Positions 39,401 through 47,196 of a stretch of 64,000 nucleotides of DNA are shown in pieces. Below the pieces are notes generated by a model, which saw nothing but the letters and a program-made list of their open reading frames with translations, was not told where the DNA came from and did no database searches. The position numbers and the translations under genes are program-made. Source of the stretch: Microbacterium sp. (GTDB taxonomy: Bacteria > Actinomycetota > Actinomycetes > Actinomycetales > Microbacteriaceae). The DNA lies in contig JBMDWQ010000018.1 in assembly GCA_048594675.1 (NCBI GenBank), positions 13,349 through 77,348 on the forward strand, in the 5' to 3' direction. The first letter of the stretch is position 1; every line of letters begins with the position of its first letter.

Positions 39401-39760
39401 CAGCGCACTCTCGGCGAGCTCAAGGAACGCTTCCTCGCCTCCGAGTGGGCGCCGTTGCAGCCGATTGCCGTCGAGACAGAGATCGACTTCACCGCTGACG
39501 ACCTGTTCCCCGAGGAGGTCGGCAGCGGCCGGCCGCACGTCGTGATCTGCAAGCTGGATGCCGTGTACGAGCGTGACGGTCGCATCGAGATCGTCGACTG
39601 GAAGACCGGTCGACCGCCGGGGACACCGCGGGAGCGTCGGGAACGGATGTTCCAGGTGGAGCTGTACCGACGCGCGTATCACGCGAAGTTCGGAACGCCG
39701 CTGGACCAGATCGATGTCGTCCTGTTCTACGTCGCGGACGGGGTCGTCCTCCGCGGGTGA
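36398..39760 (+). CDS. adnB: AdnAB helicase-nuclease subunit B (motor)
   Basis: AGAGSGKT, TFTRKAA, LDEYQD, GDPHQSIYGWRGA, TVHGSKGLEW, RLAYVAVTRA; nuclease KLDAV...DWKTG...QVELY; ATGA overlap with adnA. Confidence 0.92.
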   Translation: MTTADELLGVPESSSVPPRRLIGPHALAAALGQFPPTDEQAAVIAAPLTPALVVAGAGSGKTETMAGRVVWLVANGLVRRDQVLGLTFTRKAAGELAERIQNRLERLVELEEHGLLDRLEELHGAGALDTFRVLQQRGASSAERRAALRALGGHSAASSLPGDAILHRPTIATYNAFADGIVRENAILLGRDADAAVLTESAAWLLMRRVVHESDDPRLETVEYRPSTIIDAALQLARDAVDNLVDLDELAAFAADFSDVLERPSRDKRTTVYAEVRTAAARVGGLDVLSDLARRYDEQKRRAGLIDFSDQVAGALRAVRAHPGIGASMRDRFRVVLLDEYQDTSVVQTDLLAALFADTPVMAVGDPHQSIYGWRGASAGNLGGFARAFAGTRPGDGASAAEYSLLTSWRNSARVLEAANAILAPLAETAPVPVGRLRVRPGAPDGAVEIGFDPDIDAEADRVAGWFAEVRDARAARGETTSGALLFRAKKHMVRFADALARRGIPHRILGLGGLLSTPEVVDVVAALRVISDPQAGSSLLRLLAGPRWELGLADLRALAALSRRLTRHDASLQALEPHVVDHLRRSGGEAGSLVDALDFLARQKPDHGWLSGFTPEGLDRLREAGAVFEGLRRASTLPVPELVRLIESELRLDIELAANEARGRARTAGDQLRAFVDEVQSFLQTEESGSLPALLAWLDRAERIDEFAPRTEPPEPDVVQLLTVHGSKGLEWDAVAVVRMVTDELPAKPRDGLGWARFGVLPYDFRGDREWLPRLRWRREEAPTQQDLRDALGAFRIDIARRQLDEERRLAYVAVTRAREHLLLSGSSWSGTLAPRDPSAFLREAAEALGDPMGEIEAGENPYQDVRRLLAWPLDPLGIRRTRVEEAAARVRRAAEARRAEPSRDLRLLLAEREERSRRTSPRAPTRIPASRFKDFAIDYTAAAAAAARPLPERPYRQTRVGTLFHAWVEQRSGVSGLGPSTDDGLWEETSDPAEDAGADQRTLGELKERFLASEWAPLQPIAVETEIDFTADDLFPEEVGSGRPHVVICKLDAVYERDGRIEIVDWKTGRPPGTPRERRERMFQVELYRRAYHAKFGTPLDQIDVVLFYVADGVVLRG

Positions 39761-39761
39761 G

Positions 39762-41027
39762 TCAGGCGCTCTCCGTCCACCGGCGAAGGGCGTTCCGAGC
39801 CGCCTCGTCGATGTCCTCGTCTCGTGGCTCGGCGTCGTGTTCGGATCGCTGGGTGTCGTCGCCAGTGGTCGCGCCAGCACTGGTCGTGCCGGCATCTGCC
39901 CACCCTTCCCATTCGAGGGGCGCGGTCTCCTCGTCGGCAGAGGTGCGTGCGGGAGGCTCCGCGTCGTCCGCCGCGTACTCGCCGAGCGCCTCTGCGTCGT
40001 AGGTGTCGGTCTGCATCGAGGTGTCGACGGTTGCGGTGTCGGAGGCGACGCGCCCGAGGGCGGCGATCGCGTCGTCCACCGTGATCGAGTCCTGTGCCAG
40101 CGGCGGGGCATCCCGCACGCTCTCGTCGAGAGCCTCCAACAGCCCCACCGCGTCGGCGACGACCGATTCGGCGCCGGTTTCGTGCCCTTGGACGAGCCAT
40201 GCCGCGAACTCCAGCTCGGCGTGCAGCCGGGCCCGTTCCCACAGTGCGGCATCGGGTGCGTGCGATGCGGCATCGGTGTAGGCGTCGAGCACCGCGGTCC
40301 GCGCGTCGGGTGCGGAAGCCAGCCAGCGCAGGTCTTTCGCCGGGTCGCCCACGCTCAGTCCACCCCAGTGGAGGAGCCCGGTGACTCGGGGCACCCCCTC
40401 CGCATCGTCTTCGAAGAGGAATGATGCGGGGTCGACGCCACCGGCGGTCACGGTGCTCTCGAAGCGCCAGAGGGCGTCGGATCCCAGCGCCGTGCTCCAG
40501 CGGCGGAGGAGCCCGAACGGCAGGAGCCCTGTCGCCTCGCAGCGGTCGAGGAGGCGCTCTGCCTCGTCTCGCACCTGAGCCGCCGTCAGTAGCGGCAGGC
40601 CCGCATCCCGCACGATCGAGGCAGGCAACGCGTGGACGGCGGCGATCGCGGTGCCGAGGGCGGAGGCGATGCCTGGACCGGAGGGCACGTGTGCCGCATC
40701 GACGCGATACCCGGGGGACCACGTCTGCACGACAGCGTTGCGTCCGTCGACCGAGGTCTCACCCACGACGAAGGGGGCGTGGAACGGCAGGACGCTGCGA
40801 ACGCCCTGCGTGAGGGCGCTCAGGGCGCGCGCGTCGCTGCGAAGGTCGTTCTCGGCCGCGGCGTCGACCGGTACTCGGATGACGACCTTCGCGCCGTCGT
40901 GGAGCGTGGCCACGGCGGCGTCGTATCTCCCGCCCGCACCTTCCGACAGTGCGGCCACGCCGACGACCACCGCACCGGGCAGGGCCGAGGTCACCGACGC
41001 GGCTAGAGTGAGAGGTGAGCGTGCCAT
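39762..41027 (-). CDS. APH/macrolide-phosphotransferase-fold protein with degenerate catalytic motifs
   Basis: VIRVP, LGTAIAAVHALP and VGDPAKDL retained, but HGD is read as AGG and DW as HW; leaderless TACCCT-N6-ATG. Confidence 0.78.
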   Translation of the reverse strand: MARSPLTLAASVTSALPGAVVVGVAALSEGAGGRYDAAVATLHDGAKVVIRVPVDAAAENDLRSDARALSALTQGVRSVLPFHAPFVVGETSVDGRNAVVQTWSPGYRVDAAHVPSGPGIASALGTAIAAVHALPASIVRDAGLPLLTAAQVRDEAERLLDRCEATGLLPFGLLRRWSTALGSDALWRFESTVTAGGVDPASFLFEDDAEGVPRVTGLLHWGGLSVGDPAKDLRWLASAPDARTAVLDAYTDAASHAPDAALWERARLHAELEFAAWLVQGHETGAESVVADAVGLLEALDESVRDAPPLAQDSITVDDAIAALGRVASDTATVDTSMQTDTYDAEALGEYAADDAEPPARTSADEETAPLEWEGWADAGTTSAGATTGDDTQRSEHDAEPRDEDIDEAARNALRRWTESA

Positions 41028-41090
41028 GCCCCCAGGGTAGGCGGGGCACGTCCGGGCGCTACGGCGCCACGCCCGCAAGAGAGGTCCTCG

Positions 41091-41996
41091 ATGACGCCTC
41101 AGGACACACCTCAGCCGCCCGCTCTCTCGCGCGCGGCCCTCGACCGTGCCGCCGAGGAGCGAGAGGATCCGACTCTCGTCCCGCGGCTGCGTGCAGACCC
41201 ACGCACTCGGGTCGTCGTCGTCAGCGGTGACCGCACTCCGATCACCTCCGACCTGCGCCTGCGGACCTTCAGCCCGGCCGACGTGGCGTCGGAGGCGGAC
41301 TGGGGCTTCCTCGGGCGGGACACGGCAGGCAGCGCCCTGCTCGTCGCCCCGTGCGAGGAGACCGTGGCCGCCGCTATTCCCGCACGGGAGTGGGCGTCGT
41401 TGCGCGAGATCGGTGCGGCGCTTCCAGGGGACGACGCGGCAGCGCTCGTGGCGGCCGTCGCGCTCGGGCGGTGGCTTCGCGACGCACCGTTTTGCTCCCA
41501 CTGCGGTGCGCGCACGGTGGTGCGTGCCTCCGGCTGGGCGAGATCGTGCCCCGCGTGCGGACGTGAGCACTTCCCGCGCACCGATCCCGCCGTCATCGTC
41601 GCGGTCTCCGACGCCGACGGCGATCGGATTCTCCTGGGGCAGAACGCCCAGTGGCGCAGTCGAAACGTGTACTCGACTTTCGCCGGGTTCGTCGAGGCCG
41701 GTGAGTCCCTCGAGGCGGCCATCGTGCGGGAGATCGAGGAGGAGGCGGGAGTCCGCGTGTCAGACATCCGATATCGCGGATCACAGCCGTGGCCCTATCC
41801 GAGATCGCTCATGATCGGCTTCCACGCGACGGTCGACGATGCGTCGGCGGCGCGTCCCGACGGTGATGAGATCGTCGATGTGCGCTGGTTCACGCGCGCC
41901 GAGATCGCCTCTGCCCTCGACGACCGGGCTGATTTCGTCCTGCCCGGGGAGACCTCGATCGCACGCCGCCTGATCACGGATTGGGCCGCGGCGTGA
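41091..41996 (+). CDS. nudC: NADH pyrophosphatase
   Basis: CSHCG...CPACG zinc ribbon, FPRTDPAVI, Nudix box GFVEAGESLEAAIVREIEEEAG, SQPWPYP. Confidence 0.95.
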   Translation: MTPQDTPQPPALSRAALDRAAEEREDPTLVPRLRADPRTRVVVVSGDRTPITSDLRLRTFSPADVASEADWGFLGRDTAGSALLVAPCEETVAAAIPAREWASLREIGAALPGDDAAALVAAVALGRWLRDAPFCSHCGARTVVRASGWARSCPACGREHFPRTDPAVIVAVSDADGDRILLGQNAQWRSRNVYSTFAGFVEAGESLEAAIVREIEEEAGVRVSDIRYRGSQPWPYPRSLMIGFHATVDDASAARPDGDEIVDVRWFTRAEIASALDDRADFVLPGETSIARRLITDWAAA

Positions 41997-43726
41997 GCGA
42001 AGACGCCCTGGCCGGACTCGACGACGCGCAGCGGGAGGCAGCGAGCGTGCTGCGCGGTCCCGTGTGCGTGCTGGCGGGCGCCGGAACCGGGAAGACGCGG
42101 GTCATCACTCACCGCATCGCCCACGGCGTGGACACGGGCGCCTATTCGCCCTCCCGAGTGATGGCGGTCACGTTCACCGCCAAAGCCGCGGGCGAGATGC
42201 GGGGGCGCCTGCGGCGTCTCGGTGTGCCCGGGGTGTCCGCGCGCACATTCCACGCCGCCGCTCTGGCGCAGGTCAACCACTTCTGGCCTCAGGTCGCCGG
42301 CGACACCGCGCCGACGATCGTGTCCGGCAAGGTCCGCCTTCTCGGACAGGCCGCAGATGGCCTGCGCCTCCGCCTGGACGGTGCGACGCTCCGGGACATC
42401 GCCGGCTACATCGAGTGGCGGAAGGTCACGATGCGCTCGATCGAGCAGGCCGCGCGCGAGCGGCCGAGATCGATCGGCGGTGTCGGCCCCGACGCGCTCG
42501 CGGAGCTGCAGCGGGAGTACGAGAAGCTCAAGGACGAGCGTCGCCAGCTCGACTTCGAAGACGTCCTCCTGGCCTGCGCCGGGATGCTCGAGTCGGAGCC
42601 GCGCGTCGCTGCCCAAGTGCGCGAGCAGTACCGTCACTTCACGGTCGACGAGTTCCAGGACGTCTCGCCGCTGCAGTACCGACTTCTCGAGCTGTGGGTG
42701 GGGGACCGGCGGGATCTGTGCGTGGTCGGAGATGCGAGTCAGACGATCTACTCGTTCGCCGGGGCGGACCCGTCCTACCTCCTCGACTTCGAGGCGCGCC
42801 ACCCTGACGCCCGTCTGGTGCGGCTGGAGCGCAACTATCGATCCGCACCCGCCGTCCTCGATGTCGCCAACGCGCTCATGCGCGGACGGCCGGGGGCCCT
42901 TCGCCTCCAGAGCGCGGCGGGCCACGACGAAGTGCGTTCGCTGGGGTCGTCTGCTCCGCGGGAGTATGTGTACCCCGACGACGCCGCGGAGGCATCCGGC
43001 GTGGCCGAGCGCATCGCTGGCCAGTTGTCGGCCGGCGTCGCACCGCACGACATCGCGGTGCTCTATCGCGCGAACGCGCAGTCCGCGCCCCTGCTGTCCG
43101 CGCTGGCCGCGGCGGGGATACCGGCGACGGTGCTCGGGGGAACGCGCTTTTTCGATCTCCCCGAGGTGCGTCAAGCGCTGATGGCGCTGCGGGGCGCCGC
43201 CGTCGCGCCGATGGAGACCGGCTTCGTCCCCGCCGTCCGCGACGTGCTGCGCTCGCTCGGGCATACCGACGACGCGCCGCCGGCCGGAGGGGCGCTACGG
43301 GAGACCTGGGAGGCGCGGGCGGCGCTGCTCCGTCTGGCCGAGGAAGCGCCGGCGGACATGACGCTGCGACGTTTCGCCGACGAGTTGCACGCGCGCGCGA
43401 AGGATCAGCACGAGCCGTCGCTGCGGACGGTCACCTTGGCCACCCTGCACGCGGCGAAGGGCCTCGAATGGGACCACGTGCACATCGTGGGGTTCGCCGA
43501 GGGGCTGCTTCCGATCTCGTACGCGACGGGGCTGGAGCAGATCGACGAAGAGCGACGACTCGCCTACGTGGGAATCACGCGGGCCGCGCGAACCCTCGCT
43601 CTGTCCTGGGCTCGGGGGAGCGGAGGGCGGGAACGCCAACGGTCGCGTTTCCTTCAGGAGATCGGCACAGACACGTTGCGTGCGGGTGATGTGCGCGCCA
43701 CCGGCGACGCACGCTCGCGGCGCTGA
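41993..43726 (+). CDS. uvrD2: UvrD2-like SF1 helicase, C-terminally short (577 aa)
   Basis: AGAGTGKT, VDEFQD, GDASQTIY, RNYRS, TLHAAKGLEW, RRLAYVGITRA; GTGA overlap with nudC. Confidence 0.88.
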   Translation: MSEDALAGLDDAQREAASVLRGPVCVLAGAGTGKTRVITHRIAHGVDTGAYSPSRVMAVTFTAKAAGEMRGRLRRLGVPGVSARTFHAAALAQVNHFWPQVAGDTAPTIVSGKVRLLGQAADGLRLRLDGATLRDIAGYIEWRKVTMRSIEQAARERPRSIGGVGPDALAELQREYEKLKDERRQLDFEDVLLACAGMLESEPRVAAQVREQYRHFTVDEFQDVSPLQYRLLELWVGDRRDLCVVGDASQTIYSFAGADPSYLLDFEARHPDARLVRLERNYRSAPAVLDVANALMRGRPGALRLQSAAGHDEVRSLGSSAPREYVYPDDAAEASGVAERIAGQLSAGVAPHDIAVLYRANAQSAPLLSALAAAGIPATVLGGTRFFDLPEVRQALMALRGAAVAPMETGFVPAVRDVLRSLGHTDDAPPAGGALRETWEARAALLRLAEEAPADMTLRRFADELHARAKDQHEPSLRTVTLATLHAAKGLEWDHVHIVGFAEGLLPISYATGLEQIDEERRLAYVGITRAARTLALSWARGSGGRERQRSRFLQEIGTDTLRAGDVRATGDARSRR

Positions 43727-44417
43727 CGGCGACCGAGACACCCGGCCGCACGGCGCCACGAAGGAACCGGCCGGCGAGCGTGGCGGCATCCACGAGCACG
43801 GCGCGTGACGTGGGCGGCGCCGGGCGTCCCAACAGCTGACTCACCAGCAGGGGCCACTGCGGGTCACGATCGCGATGATGCGCAGCAATGCACGACAGGC
43901 ACGCGGTCAGGCCGGGAAGGATGAGGGGACCGACGATCGCTTTCGCCCCGGCGAGGACGATCGGCAGGTGCGGTACCCCATCGGCCATCAGTCTCGCGGC
44001 GTGCCTAGGCTCGACGAGGTGGTGGGCGACGATGATGAGCGGGGCGCGGCTGGTGTCCGGCCAACGGCGGACGTCGGCGACATCGACGCCGCAACCGTCG
44101 AGCGTCTCCTGAAAGAGGTCCGCATCGCCGGCCGGAAAGTCGGCCGGAAGCTCCAGGCTCGCCGGTCGGTCCCCGCCGCGGTCCTGAGTCAGGGCCGGGC
44201 CGATCGCCCGCACGAACTCCTCCGCGTCGGACCGAGACGCTCCGAAACTGCTCGCGAGGCCGACGAGCCTCCCTTCCGGGACCCCGCTCTCCAGCGCGGC
44301 GAGCACGCGCTCCTGCCAGGGTGCGACGTCGTGCAGGCGGGCCACGTCGTCGACGCCGAACTGCAGGTCGGAGGGCGTTCGCCACAGGGGCGGATGGGAC
44401 GGATCGAGCCGGAGCAT
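43575..44417 (-). CDS. ThiF/E1-like (cyclodehydratase C-like, Rv3196-type) protein
   Basis: GVPHLPIV...VGPLILPGLTACLSC...RDRDPQWP and C-terminal HPHATCLC; GAGAAT-N7-ATG. Confidence 0.72.
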   Translation of the reverse strand: MLRLDPSHPPLWRTPSDLQFGVDDVARLHDVAPWQERVLAALESGVPEGRLVGLASSFGASRSDAEEFVRAIGPALTQDRGGDRPASLELPADFPAGDADLFQETLDGCGVDVADVRRWPDTSRAPLIIVAHHLVEPRHAARLMADGVPHLPIVLAGAKAIVGPLILPGLTACLSCIAAHHRDRDPQWPLLVSQLLGRPAPPTSRAVLVDAATLAGRFLRGAVRPGVSVAVSAASVRRRWRAHHPHATCLCRSPEGNATVGVPALRSPEPRTERGFARPA

Positions 44418-44485
44418 GCGCTCGATTCTCGTGCGCGGCGGGTGCGTCGATGGTGCGCTGTCCACAAGCCGCCGCGCGCGGACGC

Positions 44486-45880
44486 TCACACCGGGCGCGG
44501 ACCCTCCGGCGGCAGCTCGTCGTCGGCACCATCGTCGGGACGGTCGTCGGTGGCTTCGGCCAGCAAGGCATCGAGCGCGTCGTCCATCGCATCCCGCTCG
44601 GGAGCCTCGCCGCGCTGTCGCGCCTGCAGGCGTTCCACGAGCGCAGCCGGGTCATCGATGTCGCCTGCCGTGGGCATCAGATCGGGGTAGTCCCACAGCG
44701 AGTCGCGCGCCGTCGCGCCCACCGCGTCGGTGACCGCACGCCACATCGCTGCCGCTTCCCGCAGACGCCGGGGGCGCAGCTCGAGTCCCACGAGGGAACC
44801 CATGGCGCGCTCGGCGGGGCCGCCCACGGTGCGCCGCCGTCGCACGGCCTCGGCGATCCGCGGCGCATCGGGGAGGCGGTGAGTGGCGTCGGCCGTGACG
44901 ACATCCACCCAGCCCTCGATCGTCGCCAGCAGGTTCTCCAGACGAGACAACGCGGCCAACTGGGCCTCGGAGCGCGTATCGAGGAGGGCTCCGCTCTGCA
45001 GCGCGTCGCGGAGCTCTTCGGGGGATGACGGGTCGAAGCGCGTCGCCATGTCCTCCAGCGCATCGGTGTCGACCCGCAGCCCGCGTGCGAACTCCGTCAC
45101 CTGCGAGATCACGTGCAGGCGCAGCCATCGAGCATGACGGAACAGCCGGGCGTGAGCGAGCTCGCGCGTCGCGACGTAGAGCGCGAGCTGATCCTCATCG
45201 ATCTCGAGATCCCTGCCGAAGTCGGCGAAGTTCTGGGGGAGCAGTGCCGCCTCGCCGTCGGGCATCAGTGGGATCCCGACGTCGCCCCCCGAAATGACCT
45301 CGAGCGAGAGGGCGCCGACCACCGAGCCCAGCTGCGCGGCGAACAGTGAACCGCCCACCGTCCGCATGACGCGTCCCGCGCTCGCCGCGGCGGCGCGCAT
45401 CTCCTCCGGCAGCTGCGTTCCGATCGCCTCTGTGAGCGCGTCGGCGATCGAGGTGGCCACCGGCTCGGCAAGCTCCTGCCACACGGGAAGCGTGGACTCG
45501 ACCCATTGCCCGCGCGTGACGGCGCGGGCGGGCGCGGGGAGCTCGGAGATCGCGGTCGCCTCGCTCAGCCAGAGGGTGGCCAGGGACACGGCCCGGTCGA
45601 GATCTGCCCGGACTGTGCTGTCGATCGCGTGACTGTCCTTGTTGGCGAGATGGAGCGCCTGTGTGCGCGCGGCCGACCAGTCGATCGACCCGTCCCCTCC
45701 CGCGGCGAACGCGCCCTGGAGCTGCCGCATCATCTGCTGCACCATCGCGGGATCGAGACCGAGCCCTCGCAACTGCTCCAGCTGCTCCGGATCCAGCCCC
45801 GCGAGGCCTCCTTGGCCCCCCAGCAGATTGCGGAGCATCTCGGCGAAGTCCTCGGGTTCGGGGCGGTCGTCGTCGCTCAT
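44486..45880 (-). CDS. Putative zinc-dependent hydrolase (DUF2342 / zincin-like, Rv3195-type)
   Basis: TRGQWVESTLPVW, RELAHARLF, LATIEGWV, RRRTVGGPAER, LRPRRLREA. Confidence 0.85.
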   Translation of the reverse strand: MSDDDRPEPEDFAEMLRNLLGGQGGLAGLDPEQLEQLRGLGLDPAMVQQMMRQLQGAFAAGGDGSIDWSAARTQALHLANKDSHAIDSTVRADLDRAVSLATLWLSEATAISELPAPARAVTRGQWVESTLPVWQELAEPVATSIADALTEAIGTQLPEEMRAAAASAGRVMRTVGGSLFAAQLGSVVGALSLEVISGGDVGIPLMPDGEAALLPQNFADFGRDLEIDEDQLALYVATRELAHARLFRHARWLRLHVISQVTEFARGLRVDTDALEDMATRFDPSSPEELRDALQSGALLDTRSEAQLAALSRLENLLATIEGWVDVVTADATHRLPDAPRIAEAVRRRRTVGGPAERAMGSLVGLELRPRRLREAAAMWRAVTDAVGATARDSLWDYPDLMPTAGDIDDPAALVERLQARQRGEAPERDAMDDALDALLAEATDDRPDDGADDELPPEGPRPV

Positions 45881-46003
45881 GTCAGGGGCCTTTCAGCAGG
45901 ATGATGACATCGCGTTCTACGCTAGTCGCACGCGTTCACGCCCCGTCCGGCGCGAGCCCGTCTCGTGTACGCCGGTCGCGAACGTCCGGCCAGGAAGGTC
46001 GCT

Positions 46004-47125
46004 GTGGCACTGTTCGAAGACCGCGACGTGGTCGCGCCCGCCCCCCGTCGTCGGCTGCCGCGGTCGGCGGTGGCCGGTATCTGGGCGGTCACGGTCGCCC
46101 TGGCGGCCCTTCTCGCGCTGACCGTGCTGCCGACCTCGTTCGTGATCCAGCAGGCGGGTCCCGTCTTCAATACTCTCGGAACGGTCCAGAATGCGGACAA
46201 GGAGGATGTCCCGCTCATCTCGATCAAGGGAGCGGAGACGTATCCCACGGCGGGATCGCTCGATCTCCTCACCGTGCAGGTGGTCGGCAATCGCGAGCGC
46301 ACTCCCTCGTGGTTCGAGCTCGCCACCGCGTGGTTCGATCCCTCTCGCGCGGTGATCCCGATCGATCAGGTCTTCCCGGCGGGAGAGACCACCGAGCAGC
46401 GAAACGAGCAGAGCGCAGCGATGATGGTCGACTCGCAGAAGGAGGCGACGGCGGCGGCGTTGACGTCCCTCGGATACGACGTGAAGCCGGTGGTCCGGGT
46501 CTACGCCCTCACCGATGATTCCCCGTCCGAGGGTCTCCTGGAGCCCGACGACGTGATCCGTCGGGCCGACGGGAGAGAGATCACCGACGTCTCGGAGCTC
46601 CGCAAGGCCATCAACGACGCCGACGGTGCTCCCGTCGCCTTGGATGTGGATCGAAACGGCACGGCGGTCTCGGTCAAGGTCACCCCCGCCCGCGCGAACG
46701 TGGACGGGGAGACCTCGTGGGTCGTCGGCATCACCGCGATGCACGACTACACCTTTCCCATCGACGTCACGATCCAGCTCGACAACGTCGGAGGCCCGAG
46801 CGCCGGAATGATGTTCGCCCTCGGGATCATCGACACGCTCACGGCGGGGGAGCTCAACGGCGGGCTCGATGTCGCGGGCACCGGCACGATCGATGCGGCC
46901 GGCACCGTCGGGCCGATCGGCGGGATCCGCCAGAAGATGTACGGCGCGGTGCGAGCGGGAGCCGATTACTTCCTCGCCCCCGAGAAGAACTGCGACGAGG
47001 TCGTCGGGCACGTGCCCGACGGACTGCGGGTGTTTTCGGTCGCCACCCTCGACGACTCTCTCGCCGTGTTGTCGGCGCTGCGCGATCACGGCGACCTGGA
47101 CGCGCTCCCCACCTGCCGCTCCTGA
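46004..47125 (+). CDS. Membrane-anchored PDZ + Lon-type (S16) protease (YlbL/SdrC type)
   Basis: N-terminal TM, PDZ, VGGPSAGMMFALG (Ser), GPIGGIRQK (Lys); RBS AGGAAGG. Confidence 0.9.
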   Translation: MALFEDRDVVAPAPRRRLPRSAVAGIWAVTVALAALLALTVLPTSFVIQQAGPVFNTLGTVQNADKEDVPLISIKGAETYPTAGSLDLLTVQVVGNRERTPSWFELATAWFDPSRAVIPIDQVFPAGETTEQRNEQSAAMMVDSQKEATAAALTSLGYDVKPVVRVYALTDDSPSEGLLEPDDVIRRADGREITDVSELRKAINDADGAPVALDVDRNGTAVSVKVTPARANVDGETSWVVGITAMHDYTFPIDVTIQLDNVGGPSAGMMFALGIIDTLTAGELNGGLDVAGTGTIDAAGTVGPIGGIRQKMYGAVRAGADYFLAPEKNCDEVVGHVPDGLRVFSVATLDDSLAVLSALRDHGDLDALPTCRS

Positions 47126-47131
47126 CGGTCC

Positions 47132-47182
47132 GGGGCGGCCGCGGTGACCGCCGATCCTCGGCGCTCACCCAGACGGCCCCCG
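47132..47182 (+). terminator. Long imperfect hairpin after the Lon-PDZ gene
   Basis: ggtga-c-cgccga-tcc-tcggcg-c-tcacc core with outer ggccg/cggcc pairing, directly before the UPF0182 -10 box TAGGAT. Confidence 0.5.
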
Positions 47183-47196
47183 CTTAGGATGGAGGG

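Noticed and set aside
39762-41027. Call as a macrolide or aminoglycoside resistance gene
   Set aside because: Both catalytic Asp motifs are missing and the context is core DNA-repair genes, with no mobility signs.
43575-44417. RiPP (TOMM/thiopeptide) biosynthetic cluster suggested by the cyclodehydratase-like gene
   Set aside because: No YcaO, dehydrogenase, precursor peptide or exporter nearby; the gene belongs to a conserved housekeeping neighbourhood.
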